From contig LSRY02000027.1 in NCBI GenBank assembly GCA_001643675.2, positions 496,001 to 560,000 of the forward strand: a stretch of 64,000 bases of DNA, in the 5' to 3' direction. The notes under the pieces were generated by a model that saw nothing but the letters and a program-made list of their open reading frames with translations, ran no database searches and was not told the DNA's origin. Below, one piece after another: positions 45,672 through 57,885 of this stretch (its first letter is position 1; each line of letters opens with the position of its first letter). This stretch comes from Monocercomonoides exilis PA203. Its lineage: Eukaryota; Protista; Preaxostyla. A program made the translations under genes and the position numbers.

Positions 45672-48600
45672 ATGGATTTTTCTGGATTTTTTGTCTATTT
45701 ATTTGTTTGCTTTGCATTTGGCTCAAAAAGTCAAACAGAATTATTTCGATTCACAAGCAGTAATGAAGATGTTATTGTGATCGGACCAACTGGCACAACA
45801 GAAGCGGATTGTGGCAAAGATTCTTCAAATCCATGCAAATCACTGACACATGCAGTTCACATATACCCAGAACATAAACAATATAATGTGTTAAAGGGAG
45901 AAACAATTGAATCCAACGTTGTTACAAAAAGTTTGAATTTTTATTAATTTGCAAATTAAATGATCCAAACTTTAAAATAAACAGAAAATGTTATTTTTAC
46001 TGGAGAAAATAGGAATGAATCAGTGATTTCTGCAGAGTACAAAGAAGGAGCTATTTTTACAATAAGTTCAGGGGCTACAAAATGCGAAAATTTAACATTT
46101 ATCCATTCCCAGCCGGAAAGCGCAACCGATAAGATGTCATTGTTTTTTACAACAAATAGTTCTACGTTAGCTTTACAGAGATGTAATATAATTCCAAAAG
46201 ACGAATTTTATTGTTCAATTTCAGTCATTGTAATTTCAAATGCCTCGTCAACTCTCTTAGACGTATGCATGTCCAAGCTCCGATTTTCAACTGGATCTTG
46301 TATATTTTGTGATGACGTAGTTTCAAAGCTTTCATTATTGAACGTTGAGTTTTCCGATATTTCTTCAACAAACTCAACCAGTGTTATTCTTCTAAAATCT
46401 TCCGAGAAATCTTCTGAACAGAAAGCTGCCACACAAATCGATGGGCAAAAAATAGATATCGTTTCATGTTCAATCACAGGATGTCAGATTGGTACATTGA
46501 TGACGTCTGAAGCTCAAAAAGGAGGATTAATTCAATTTGTTGGAATTAAGAACATAAACAATATGATAACGATCGACTCGCTTACAGTTAAGAAATGCAT
46601 TTTTGCAAAAAGCCAAAACGAGGGTGATGAAAAAAGCGAAGCTGGGGTGATTGATGGAGGAATCATGTACTTTGAGAACACAGCGGTGAATATCAAATCG
46701 TCGATGCTTGTCTTTGACGAGATCAATAAAAATAACGATGAAGAAGCCGAGACATCACATAAGCTGAGAATACGAAGAGGCGGAATGATCTGCTGCATTG
46801 GATGTTCCAGTATATTCGTGAATTCGTCATTGTTTGCAGTTGAAGCATCTTCATTGCCTGCAGGTTCATCTGATGGAGGCGCTTTATTCATCGACAGCAA
46901 CTCGTATGAAGTCACTTCAAGCGACAAATTAGAGAGCATGCCAGCAACGAGAGAGCTGACAATTCTGCATTCTTCTTTCATCGGCCTTTCGGCGCTTGGC
47001 TGTGCTTCAGAGAAAAGCGGGAGAGGAGGTTCTGTGTGCATCATAGCGCCGTTTGCTCAACCTTCGACTTCATCATCTTCTTCTTCTTCAAACTTGAACG
47101 CTGCAGAGTCTGAAAGAACCAATGCCATCGCCAATGCATTCCTGGAAATTTCTATCCGAAGCTCAAACTTTATCAACACAACATCAGCAAAAGCTGGAGG
47201 CGCTATTGCCATCTGCCTGCCAAACTCTGCTTCGACACAGCAAACAATCAGCGAAGACGAGCAGTCTGCGGCTGGGCTGGTCAGCATGCTCATTGAGCAG
47301 ACAGAGTTTTCTGGATGCCACGTGAAAGGAAACGGCGGGTCAGCAAATGGTGTCAGAAGCTTATCTTCCGGAGAGCAGGTGGCTGGAGGCGGTGCAATCA
47401 GCGCATGCGTTGGAAAGCTGGAGATTTCTTATTCTTCTTTTTCACACTGCTCTTCTGAAGGTGTTGGAGGCTGTTTATCTCTTTCCTCTCTTTCGTGTTC
47501 CAAAGATTCAAAAGATTCAAAAGAATCAGATAAATCAAACATGCTGTATGCAGCTTCGCTTTCTATGAACAGTTGCAATATTTCTGATTGCAGCAGTGTT
47601 GGCGATGGAGGCGGGCTCTTTTATGACACACCACTTGCCTTCACTTTGGTCGACATTTCATTCAAAAAGTGCACTTCAAAAGACGAAAAAGGTGGATATA
47701 CAGCTGAGAATGAACATTTCGATAGGGAAATGACGAATGCTAGTGGAGAAGAAAAGCCAGGCCGAGGAGGTGCAATATTCATGTCGAATGCAACTTCTGG
47801 CCTGAACAGAATGATTGACTGCATTTTCATTGAGAATTCGGGAGACGCATCAGCTGGAAACGACATTGTCGACATGTGTGCACATCCTTCGAGGAAGAGG
47901 CACTGGACATTCTCCACCGTCGTCAGCTGTTCGTCCTCGTCTGCACACCCGCGTTTTGTTGCTGCAAAGATAGCTGCTTCTGAAGGCTCATTCTCTGAGC
48001 ATCTGGCTCAATTCACTTCAAATGCAAATGAAGAGTTTGTTAACAGAGACGTGCTGTTGCCTGATAAGGCAAAGCATCGAATGAGCTTCTTTATTGCAGC
48101 TGCTGGGAATGCAACTAAATCCGTTGAAAATGGCAAGGCGACCCAGTCTGAGGACAAACATAATTCATTTACAGGAAATGGAAACGGAGCAGATGTCGAC
48201 GGCTGTGGAGGGAGCCCAGAAGCAGCATGTGCCTCGTTTTCATTCTGCTTGACACAGTCGCTGCATCGTGACCTTTCTGTTGAGAAGCCCGAATACTTTG
48301 CAACCGAAGAGGAGATGAAAGCGATGGGGCTCAGAAAAGAGGTGAGGCTGATGCTTTTGACCGGGGCATTTAAGGATCAAGTGTGTGCTATCAATGTTGG
48401 GTGGACTGACGAAGAAACAAAAAAGAAAACGGGAGTTTTGCTAGAGATCACAAAGGCACAGGGAGCAATCACCCCAACAATTGAATCGTGTTCTTCATTG
48501 AAAAAGGTGCAGGAACTGGAATTGGCTGCCTCAAGCGCAAATCATTTGTCTAATCCAGTGGCAGACAATATGCAGGTGATGTTTGAAGTGTGGGAGATGT

Positions 48601-51600
48601 CGCAATTGAAGATAAATTCTGTGTATTTGCTGCGGCAGTTTGAAAAAGAGGAATTCGTCTTTATTCGAATGAAGGAAAAAGGGCACATAGAAATTAGCGA
48701 CTGCACGATCCAATCACGACATCCCGACTCAGTTGCGTCGAATGACTACTCTCTGATGAACACGTTTCTGCTGACGACGGAAGGAACTGTATCGATCAGC
48801 CGGACAACATTTAAAGACATGAGCCTGCGCAACTGGAGAGGAGCAACGCTTGTGTTCCTCCACCACACACAGTCTGTGCTTCTCGAGAACATCACATTCA
48901 GCAGCGTCCATAAGAAGCACAAGCCCACAACGCCGCTGAAGGAAGAAGAGAAAAATGCGAAATATCATTACGACGAGACTGGCATAAGCAACTCTCCTTG
49001 CTTTGGATCGGCATCGTCTCCTTGTGTTTGTGTTCAGTCGTCTTCTGCTGCCATCAATTTGACACTCGAAAGATGCAATTTCTCTTCGGCCGGTGTTGTT
49101 TTGCAGACAGTTCAAAACCAGTCTGAGATGCAGGCAATTCTGAAGGAAGAAGAAAAGGAAAGGCAAGCAAAATGGAAGCAGGAAGAAGAGAAGAGGAAGA
49201 AACCAATTTCTGAAGAAGAGAAAGAGAGAGAAAGAGAACTGGCAAAATCTCAGCGGATTGATGAGCGAAGATTGAGAATAAGCAAAGGGGCTGTTTTCAT
49301 TGAGCTGCCTCGCAGCGAGTCGCCAGTCAAAATTTCCAACTGCAATTTTTACAACTGCTTTACACAGCAGCAGGCGGTGATTAATGTTCCGGAGGTTCCT
49401 CAGATTTCGTTGCCATGGAGATGGGTCGTGGGAGGTGGAAGCGGAGGAGCAGTCACATTTAGCGGGCCTTTTAAAACGGAAGTTCGTAATTCGATCTTTC
49501 GGAATTGTGAGGCATCAATCACAGGAGGCGGTGTTTTCTTGCAGAACAATGCTGATGTGCTTCTTCAAAACTGTGAATTTAACTCATGCTACCTAAATCT
49601 TCCGTATTCTTCTTCTGAGACAACAGATAAAGATAAGGAATCAGGCGATGTGGAAGAGACGAGAGGAGGTGCAATATATGCTACGAAAAGTAGACTTACG
49701 TGCACAGAAGTGAAGTTTTCTAATTGCGCATGCAGTTCGAGTGGTGGAGCGATATGCACAGAGCTTTGCCAACAGTTTGACTTGAAGGGCTGCAACTTCG
49801 CTACATGCAAATCAGGTAACTTTTCAAATGCGGCAGCGAAGACTGAGGAGCAGTTGCAAACAGCATTCGGAGGAGCGATAAGTTGCTTGAGCAGTATGAG
49901 TAATGGGCCTCATTTCGAGAACTGTGTGTTTGACGGATGCTTAAGCATGAATTTTGGTGGATCAATATTCTTTGGCCAAAGCAAGTCAACTCTTGCAGAA
50001 GATGAAAGGCGTATGAGCAAAGTTTTGGAGACATTGCACAAAGAGGAAGCCGATCTGGAGGAGAAAGGAATGTTCAAAAAAGAAGCGGAAAAGGCAGCAT
50101 GGAGAATCCGGAGAAAGGATGAGCTGATGATGGAGTTGGAAAGCCAACGCCCAAACGGGGGAGTGATAAAAAATTGCATATTCAAAAACTCTTCCACAGG
50201 TAATTTGCTGAATGGAAGAGGGGGAGCTATCTTCATTGAAAAGACTCAGATTCCGAAGTTTGAGAATGTTAGGATGCAGGACAACCTGGCAGGAATTTCT
50301 TTGATGCGACAGCAAAGCGCGTTTGGAGGAAACGACATATTTAACAGCGAGTGGCACCATGCAGCGATGTTGCGGAAGACTCAGAAAAGGAATGCGTCTG
50401 AAGAACAAAAGGAAAAAGAGGCAAAAGACGACTCTTCAGTGTTCTTTACAGGGTGCAAATCAAGTTCTCCTTCGCCTCATTTTTGCGTGGGTATTCTGGA
50501 CGAAGACATCAGCCACACTTTGATAAAAGCTTCTGATGTAAGCTGTGTTGCGTTTGAAGAAGATGCTGAAATGATAAAGAAGGGAATAATGGTGAAAGAC
50601 TCAATTTGCTATGAAGCACAGCAAGCATTTATTGATCCTCAAAATAAAGATAGCAAAGATGAGTATGGTTGCGTGAAATTGTCTCAAGACGATGCCAAAA
50701 TTGAAACAGAACGCGAAATCAAAAGCTGCCATACAATTGCCTTTGCTGTCAAGCAAGTTTCCGCAATCGGAGATCTGTTTGTGAACAAAGGAATTGTTGA
50801 AGAAGCAGATATTCTTGTGAAGAGTAAGTCCGTATCAATTTCTGGAAATGTGGAACGGAGAAATGAAGTTGTTTTTAGTCTGCCAAAAAAGATCAGCGAA
50901 TCATATAACAATCAATTGTCTTATATTTTGTGCATCGAAGAAGGAAAATTGACAGTAACGAAGATATCCTTTGTTCATCAGAATGATATGGAACTCAAAG
51001 AAGCAGCGATTGTCGCCAAAGAGAAATCAGCTCTGGCTTTGGTAGATGTCGAAGTTTTGAATGAAATGCCTTCGTCGAATGTTCTTAGAAACTTTAACGG
51101 AAGAAAAAACAAACTTATCGAATCTGGAACTCCATTTGTGCTTGCTTCAGATGTATTTGATTTAAGCATATCTACACTGATAATGGGAGGCATCACTTAC
51201 AAAGAGCAGCCATCTTCCTCGTTTGGGCAACTTTCTTCATCAAAAAATATTTTGTCTCAGAATGCTTCTTTTTCACCATGCGCAATTTTTGTATTTGGAG
51301 CTGAATCTGTTGATATATCAAATTGTCTTGTTTCGAATATTAAAGCAATATCACAAACTTCCATTCCTCCATCACCTAAGTACAATGAAGCAGAAGCAGA
51401 GCATTATCAATCAGCATCAGTGTTCACTTTACACAGTGTTGGCTTTATTAAGATTTCTTTGTCATCATTCAATAGCTGCTGGACTGAGACCAATGAAAAA
51501 TCAAACGAAAAAGATTCTGAAGTTGTGAAAGATGCATTCATTTCTTCAAAGCAGCTTTCAAATGCTCCATCATCAACACTTCCTTTCAACAAAAACGGAG

Positions 51601-54600
51601 GAGGAGTGATCCGAATTGAAAGCGGAGGCTTAAATGCAGCTGAAGCACTCAAAATTGACAAAGAAAAACATATTTCTAAATCAATATCTATTTCTTCTTG
51701 CCACTTTGAGAATTGCTCATCGAATTCGAAAGAGGCAAAAGGAGGAAGCGTTTTGGTTGTTTTCCCATCTGTTCCACAGGCTGGTCAAACAGCCAACACC
51801 AATTTTGGATTAGACAACTCTTTCGGTCTTGTTCAAAATGCAGATAGTTTCTCTTTGCTTGTGAAGGTGAACATTCTTTCATGCAATTTCATCTCTTCAT
51901 CAGCTGAAAACGGAGGTGCACTGGCAATTTTGAACGAAAATGCGAACATCCGATTGATTGTGTCCAATTCTCGTTTTGCTCGCTGCAAATCGACCGCAAA
52001 AGAAGGTTCATATTCTCAATTCAGTGCGAATGACAAAGAAGCCACTCCAGAATTGAAAACTCCTTTTGGAGGCGGGGCGTTGTTTTTGTACAATTGCGAA
52101 TTGAATATGTCCACATCTTCAATTTCAGGATGCACTTCAGACATGTCCGGAGGAGCCATCTTGATAAACGGGCAATATGCGACTCTGTCTGAATGGCACA
52201 GAACATTCAGCCAGTCGATTTTGGTGCTGAGCAACGTTGAATTCAGAAAGTGCAGATCGAAAGGAGACGGAGGAGCAATATTCATTGATTCACGAAAGGT
52301 GTATAACATTTCTGACAGCAGCTTTATTAACTGCAAAGCGGAAGGCAACGGACGAGGCGGAGCTGTGTATACCGGAGTTAAGACTTGCTCATATTCGATG
52401 TTTAACAATTGTAGATTTAGAAACAATACTGCAGATTTCTCTTCTCTCGGGGAAAATACACAAAAGGGAGGAAATGATGTCTTTGATGACTGTCCGAATC
52501 ATAAAAAGTTTTGGAACAAAAACAACATTCGGAATTGCACTTCCACATCTGAGCAACCTTCATTTGTCATTCCAGGAGGATCAGTCGAAGGCGTGATTTG
52601 GAGAGAAATGAAAAAGGAAGAATTTGAAGCAGAAAGATTGGAAGAAGAAAAAATTAGCATTGAAGAAAAGAAGGAAGAGGAAAAGAGAGAAGAAGAAAAG
52701 AAGGAAGTAAAGAAGGAAGAAGAGAAGAAAGAGATTATGCGTTGTATTGTTGGAGATGACTCAACAAAAGATGTCAAAGGAAAAGACGAAGCAGGTTGTG
52801 GGTCAGAGAAACAGCCTTGCGGATCTCTCTCTTATGCATTGAAAGACATGCTTGAAGAAGTCAAATCAAAGAAAAAACCAGAAAAAATTATTCTGTTTTT
52901 GATGAATGGGGTGTTGAAGGACGAGTCTTGTGCTTTGCTGATTGTTCCACCAAGTGAGCTGTGTTCTCACTGTTCCAATGATCAGCCTACGCAAATAACA
53001 GTTTATGGTGATTCAAACAGCGAGTTGTTATCGTCAAAGAGAATAGAAAAACAAGAAGCATTGATTTGCATACAAAAAGAAGCGAAAGTTCTTATGCATC
53101 ATCTCACATTCAACAGAGGGTTTTCTGGAAATGGCTTCTCATTCCTTCAATTGACAGAAAACAGTGAATTAACAATTATGGACTGCAACGTAACTGTGCC
53201 TGCTAATAAACTATTATTTGATGGAATGCAAATGAACATTAACGAGCACATTGAAAATACTCCTCCTCTTTGCAATGTATTTCTAAGCGCTTCATCTGGG
53301 TCAGCTGTAATTGAGAAGTGCAATTTTGAGCAATGTCAGGTTGCAAGTCGATGCGGTGGATGCATTTGTATCAGAAATACTTCTTCTCTTTCTGTATCAA
53401 ACTCAGTATTTCGAAAAATGAAAGTGATAGCATCGCAAGATCCAATAATGCAGAACAAGGATACAGATGCTGTTTGTGGAAGCTTCATTGATATTAAAAC
53501 AGCACAAAGCAGTTCTCACAAAATATTCAATTGCATTTTTAAAGAATTTGTTTCAACTAACACAGCATGCGGAGCCGTTCGATGCGAAGCTGTTAATCCC
53601 TCTAAAGTGAGTGTGTCTTATTCTCAGCTTGGTTCTTCATCAAATAACGTACAATTAGATAATGCGGAAGATACAAACATATTCGTTAATGTCGACAAAT
53701 GCTTTTTCAGCAATTGCTTCGGAGCTTCTCAACAACCCATGGAAGTATTATTTGATCAAAATATGGAAATAAAATCTGAAGAGAATTTTGCAAACTCTTA
53801 TAAAAACGCTATCAAATGTGGGAGCGGAGGTGTTGCGCTTTCTCTTTTTGGGCAATTTAAGGCAGTGATCAACGAAGGAACATTCAGTGAATGCTACTCA
53901 TCAATGACTGGTGGAGCAATAAACATAACTAAAGCCAATGTTCTCATTTCTTCTGCGAAATTTATAAAGTGCAGAGTGCTATCAAGGCCTCTCGGAAATG
54001 GTGCAGCTGATATATCAACACATATTAAAAATGACAATGAAGATCCTTTCTGGTCCACATATGGAGGTGCAATCCACATTTTCAAAGGTTATCTTTTGAT
54101 TGAGAGATCATCCTTCGATAAATGCTCTTCGTCTTCTATTGGAGGAGCCTTATCCGCTGAATCGTCTTCGATAGTCATCTCAACGACTGAATTCACATCT
54201 TGCGTCGCAGGAGAATTCAGCACAGCACAAGTGGAGTCTTTATCCTCAAAGCCAAAAACCTACTCTCTTGGAATAGGTGGAGGAGTTTATGCTTTGCTTT
54301 GCGCTGTGAATATTTCGAAATGCTGCTTTTATAGTTGTGATTCATTTCTTGGAGGTGGTGCTTTGTTTTTGAGTGGGTGCATGAATGGTGTGGAGGCTGT
54401 TGACTGTGAATTGACAAATTGCCATGCATATGGAAAGCTGATATCCTGCGGAGGAGCCATTTTCCTCAACGGCTCTTCGCCTTTAAAGATGAAGAATTGC
54501 TCATTCAGTAACAATTCTGCTTCTGGAACATCTAAACATGGCAAGCCCTGCTTGCTTAAAGGCAACGATGTTTGCGACTGTGATGTTACTCATTCAACTT

Positions 54601-57600
54601 CATACTTAAAGAATGGCATTGTATCTGGTTGTAATTCTTCTTCTTCGAAACCTCGCTTTACTTTAATTGAATTTGACTGGAGCTTTATAACTGCTGCTGA
54701 AAAGGATGCTGAGTCTTTTGATTGCAGTGTTGGAGAAGATATCAGCTCTTGTGTATTTGATGGCGATTGCAAGAAAAAGGATATGATTCTTGACTTTGCA
54801 ATTGTTGCTGTTTCGGATAAAGATGCATCTGACAGTGCAAAATGTTTATCCCCTAGCGAAAAGATATTCGATGAGCAGTCGAAAAAAGAGAACCCAGATA
54901 AATGCCGAACATTGAGCTTTGTTCTTAAGCATAAGAGCGATTCTTCTGTGATTTCTGTGAAAAAAGGAAAAGTTCTTGAGACAGATCTCGTAATTGAAAC
55001 AAAGACAGTAACTATTACAGGAACTAAAGATTCTTCAGAAGTCATATTTGCATTACCCAAAAAAAGAAGGTCAAACGAAATCAAATGTAAATTATGTATT
55101 TAAAGTGACAGATGGATTGCTCAGTGTTGCTTCATGCTCATTCTATCATCAAAAAGCCAATGAGACTCAAATTGCCTATTTTGTTGTAGAAAAACTTGGA
55201 TCATTATCTCTTGCTCAGTGTATTGTTGATTCAGACATTCAAGATCCAAAAGGTAACTCTTATTCAGAAACACCATTTATTTATGCTTCTCAGAGTTCAT
55301 CTTTAACATTTTTCTTTGTTGCTGCGCAGAACTTATGGTACAAATCGAACATAACAAAGAAAATTAATAAAGAAGAGCAAAGAAAGTGCTTTGGAACATT
55401 TGCTCTAATAAAGAATGCTGACAATGTTCTTATTCTTAACTCAACATTCACAAATATTTCACAAAAGTCTACTGATTCTGATAATTCATTTGAAAACGAA
55501 GAAAATGCTGCTGAATCAGAGGCATCTGTGTTTTGTGTTCAATTGAAATCAAAAACGTCGATGACAATACAAAACTCCAAATTTGTGAACTGCAGTTCAA
55601 AGTCAAGTAGAAGTGTAGCAGGCGCTGTTAGTGTTCGCCCTGAAAGTGTATCTTCCATTGAAAAGTTTCCATATGTTATAATCAAAGAATCTTCATTTAT
55701 TTATTGTGCTTGCCTTAATGGCGAATATCCTCAAGCAGTACAAATAAATAATTGCAATGTTTCCATCACTGCATCAATGTTTGATGGGAAAATGGCTAAT
55801 GAAGCAGGAGGTGCATTTAGCGATATTAATACAGACAATACTAATCCAATATGCTCTTGGAGTGGCAGTCAGCTCCAGTTGATTAATTCTACAACTGGTA
55901 TTACTAATAGTACGATAAAGAATTCTGCTGCTGGAGGAATATCTATCATTGGAGGCTCGCTAACGACGACTAATATCAGCATGATTGATAATGCTCCATC
56001 AACTTTTGAAGCGAAGAACCTGTTTCCATCTGCCCGCAGGAATATCAATTGCGAATCAAAAGGGACTGTTAACATAAAGCAAGAGGAGAAAAAGGTATCA
56101 GCCCAGCAAACGAAACAGATTGGATCTCTTTCTTCAGATGAACTGTGGATTTACAGCGATGGAACATGCCAATTTGGAGGACTTTTGGAGTCTGTTGTTT
56201 CTACTCTATTTGTTCCTGAAGTGGATTCTGCATTCTGTGAGGTTGAAAAGAAGAAAACATTAGAAAGTGGAAACGAGGATGATGCGATGGTGACTGTAAC
56301 AGGGAAAAGGTTTTATCCTTGTGACGTTTCAGCTATTATCACTTCTGCAAATGAACAAAGCATTACAAAGCAGTTAACCGTGCTAAATGAGACAACTGCT
56401 CGTTTCCCTATTTCATTGAAATATATTACTGAGCATCCAACTGTATCTGTTGCAATCCAGTTTGGAAATAAAGTCAAACTTTCAACCAAATCAGTAACTA
56501 TCGTTGTTAAAGAAAAAGTTGAGCCAGTTACGCCTACTCCCCCTCCAACTCCTCCTCCTACACCAACTCCTCCTCCACCAACACCTCCTCCACCAACACC
56601 TCCTCCAACGCCTACGCCTACGCCAGAGCCAGAACCTACACCTGAACCAACACCCACGCCTGAACCGACTCCAACACCTGAACCTACACCAGAACCTATA
56701 CCAGAACCAACTCCTGATCCGACACCTACACCTGCACCCACACCTACACCTGCACCCACACCTACACCTGAGCCAATTCCTTTCCCTGATCAACCGTCAG
56801 ATTCGAGTTCATTTTCTTGGATTGGAGCTATCATAATTGCGGTAATAGTTATTGTTGGATTAATTGTTGGATTGATTGTATTGATAATTCAATTACTTAT
56901 CCGAAGAAGCAGAGCCAACAAAAAGAGAAGAAGGGCAAGCTCACATGCTAAAGAAGAAGATGCTGATGAGGATCGCTTACTAAACTATGAATTGAAGGAA
57001 GAAGAAGAAGAAGAGCAAGATGAGGGATTGGATTTGGGTGTTAAAGAAGAAGATGCTCATCTGTTTGAAGACGATGCATTGATGCCAGCTGATGAATTGA
57101 AAGTGGATAAAGCTAACGCAAATGTAACTCCAACATTAACACAAAATTTTGAACAGACATCGAGCTTGCTTCTCAAAAATGAGGAAAACACACAAGAAAA
57201 TGTTCCAGTCGAATTCATACCAGCAATGTCAACAAATGCTCCTTTTAACACGTATGCTGTAAGACCTCAATTAACTCTGACTCACCGATTGGAAGAAATG
57301 AAATCGAGGGACTCAGCAAAAAGTGAGGGGCAGTCAGATGTGACAGCGCAAAATGATTATGCTTTTGTTTCTGCTGTTTTGCAATCAATTTTGAGAGGTT
57401 TGCGCCATCTGCATTTGAAGGCACCTCCAACTTATGTTGGCGATCTTTCACCGTATAATATTCTTATTGATGAAAATGACACTGTTCTGTTATCATCACA
57501 TCTCAATCGACAGCTCGTCAGCATTTCAGATGACTCAAAAAGCTTGTGGATTGGAGGAGAGAAGAATAGACGATATGTTGCTCCAGAGATATTGTCTTTG

Positions 57601-57885
57601 ATTAAATCAAATGAGGATGCAAAATTAGTCACAAAGGAAGAAAATGAGTCAAAGCAACGAACAGTTATCTACAATAACGGATCTGTTGCAAGCGATGTGT
57701 ATTCTTTTGGAATGATTTTAATGGAAATGGTTACATTTTACAAGACTCTTCATTCTTCTCAGACAGAAGCGGTTGCTATAAAAAGAATGGAATCAATAGC
57801 GATTGACTGCACATCACCTGCCCCTTCAAATCGTCCTTCAGTTGTTCAACTTATTGAAATATTTAAAGATTTGTGCACAAATTAA
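45672..57885 (+). CDS. Giant (~4050 aa) type-I receptor-like protein: signal peptide, about 5 CG...C/GGA beta-helix modules, Pro/Thr stalk, TM, C-terminal pseudokinase; 1-nt frameshift at A7 run 55059-55065
   Basis: Exon 1 45672-45930; phase-1 intron 45931-45984 (GTTTGA...AAACAG) in frame with ORF 46023. More than 20 GGAI/GGAL/GGAV motifs. ORF 55048 continues the module, then TM ~56818-56900 and motifs GDLSPYNILI, YVAPE, SDVYSFGMIL, NRPS. Confidence 0.8.
56527..56787 (+). repeat. Coding Pro/Thr/Glu tandem repeat (PT, PEPT) mucin-like stalk
   Basis: TPTPPPTPPP...PEPTPEPTP...PAPTPTP directly before the TM. Confidence 0.9.

Noticed and set aside
55087-55111. A 19- or 25-nt GT-AG micro-intron that would repair the gene 4 frameshift
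   Set aside because: It would delete VNYVFKVTD, which matches the equivalent strand in an earlier module, and the other introns I reconstructed here are roughly 45 nt or longer. Not strictly excluded without RNA-seq.
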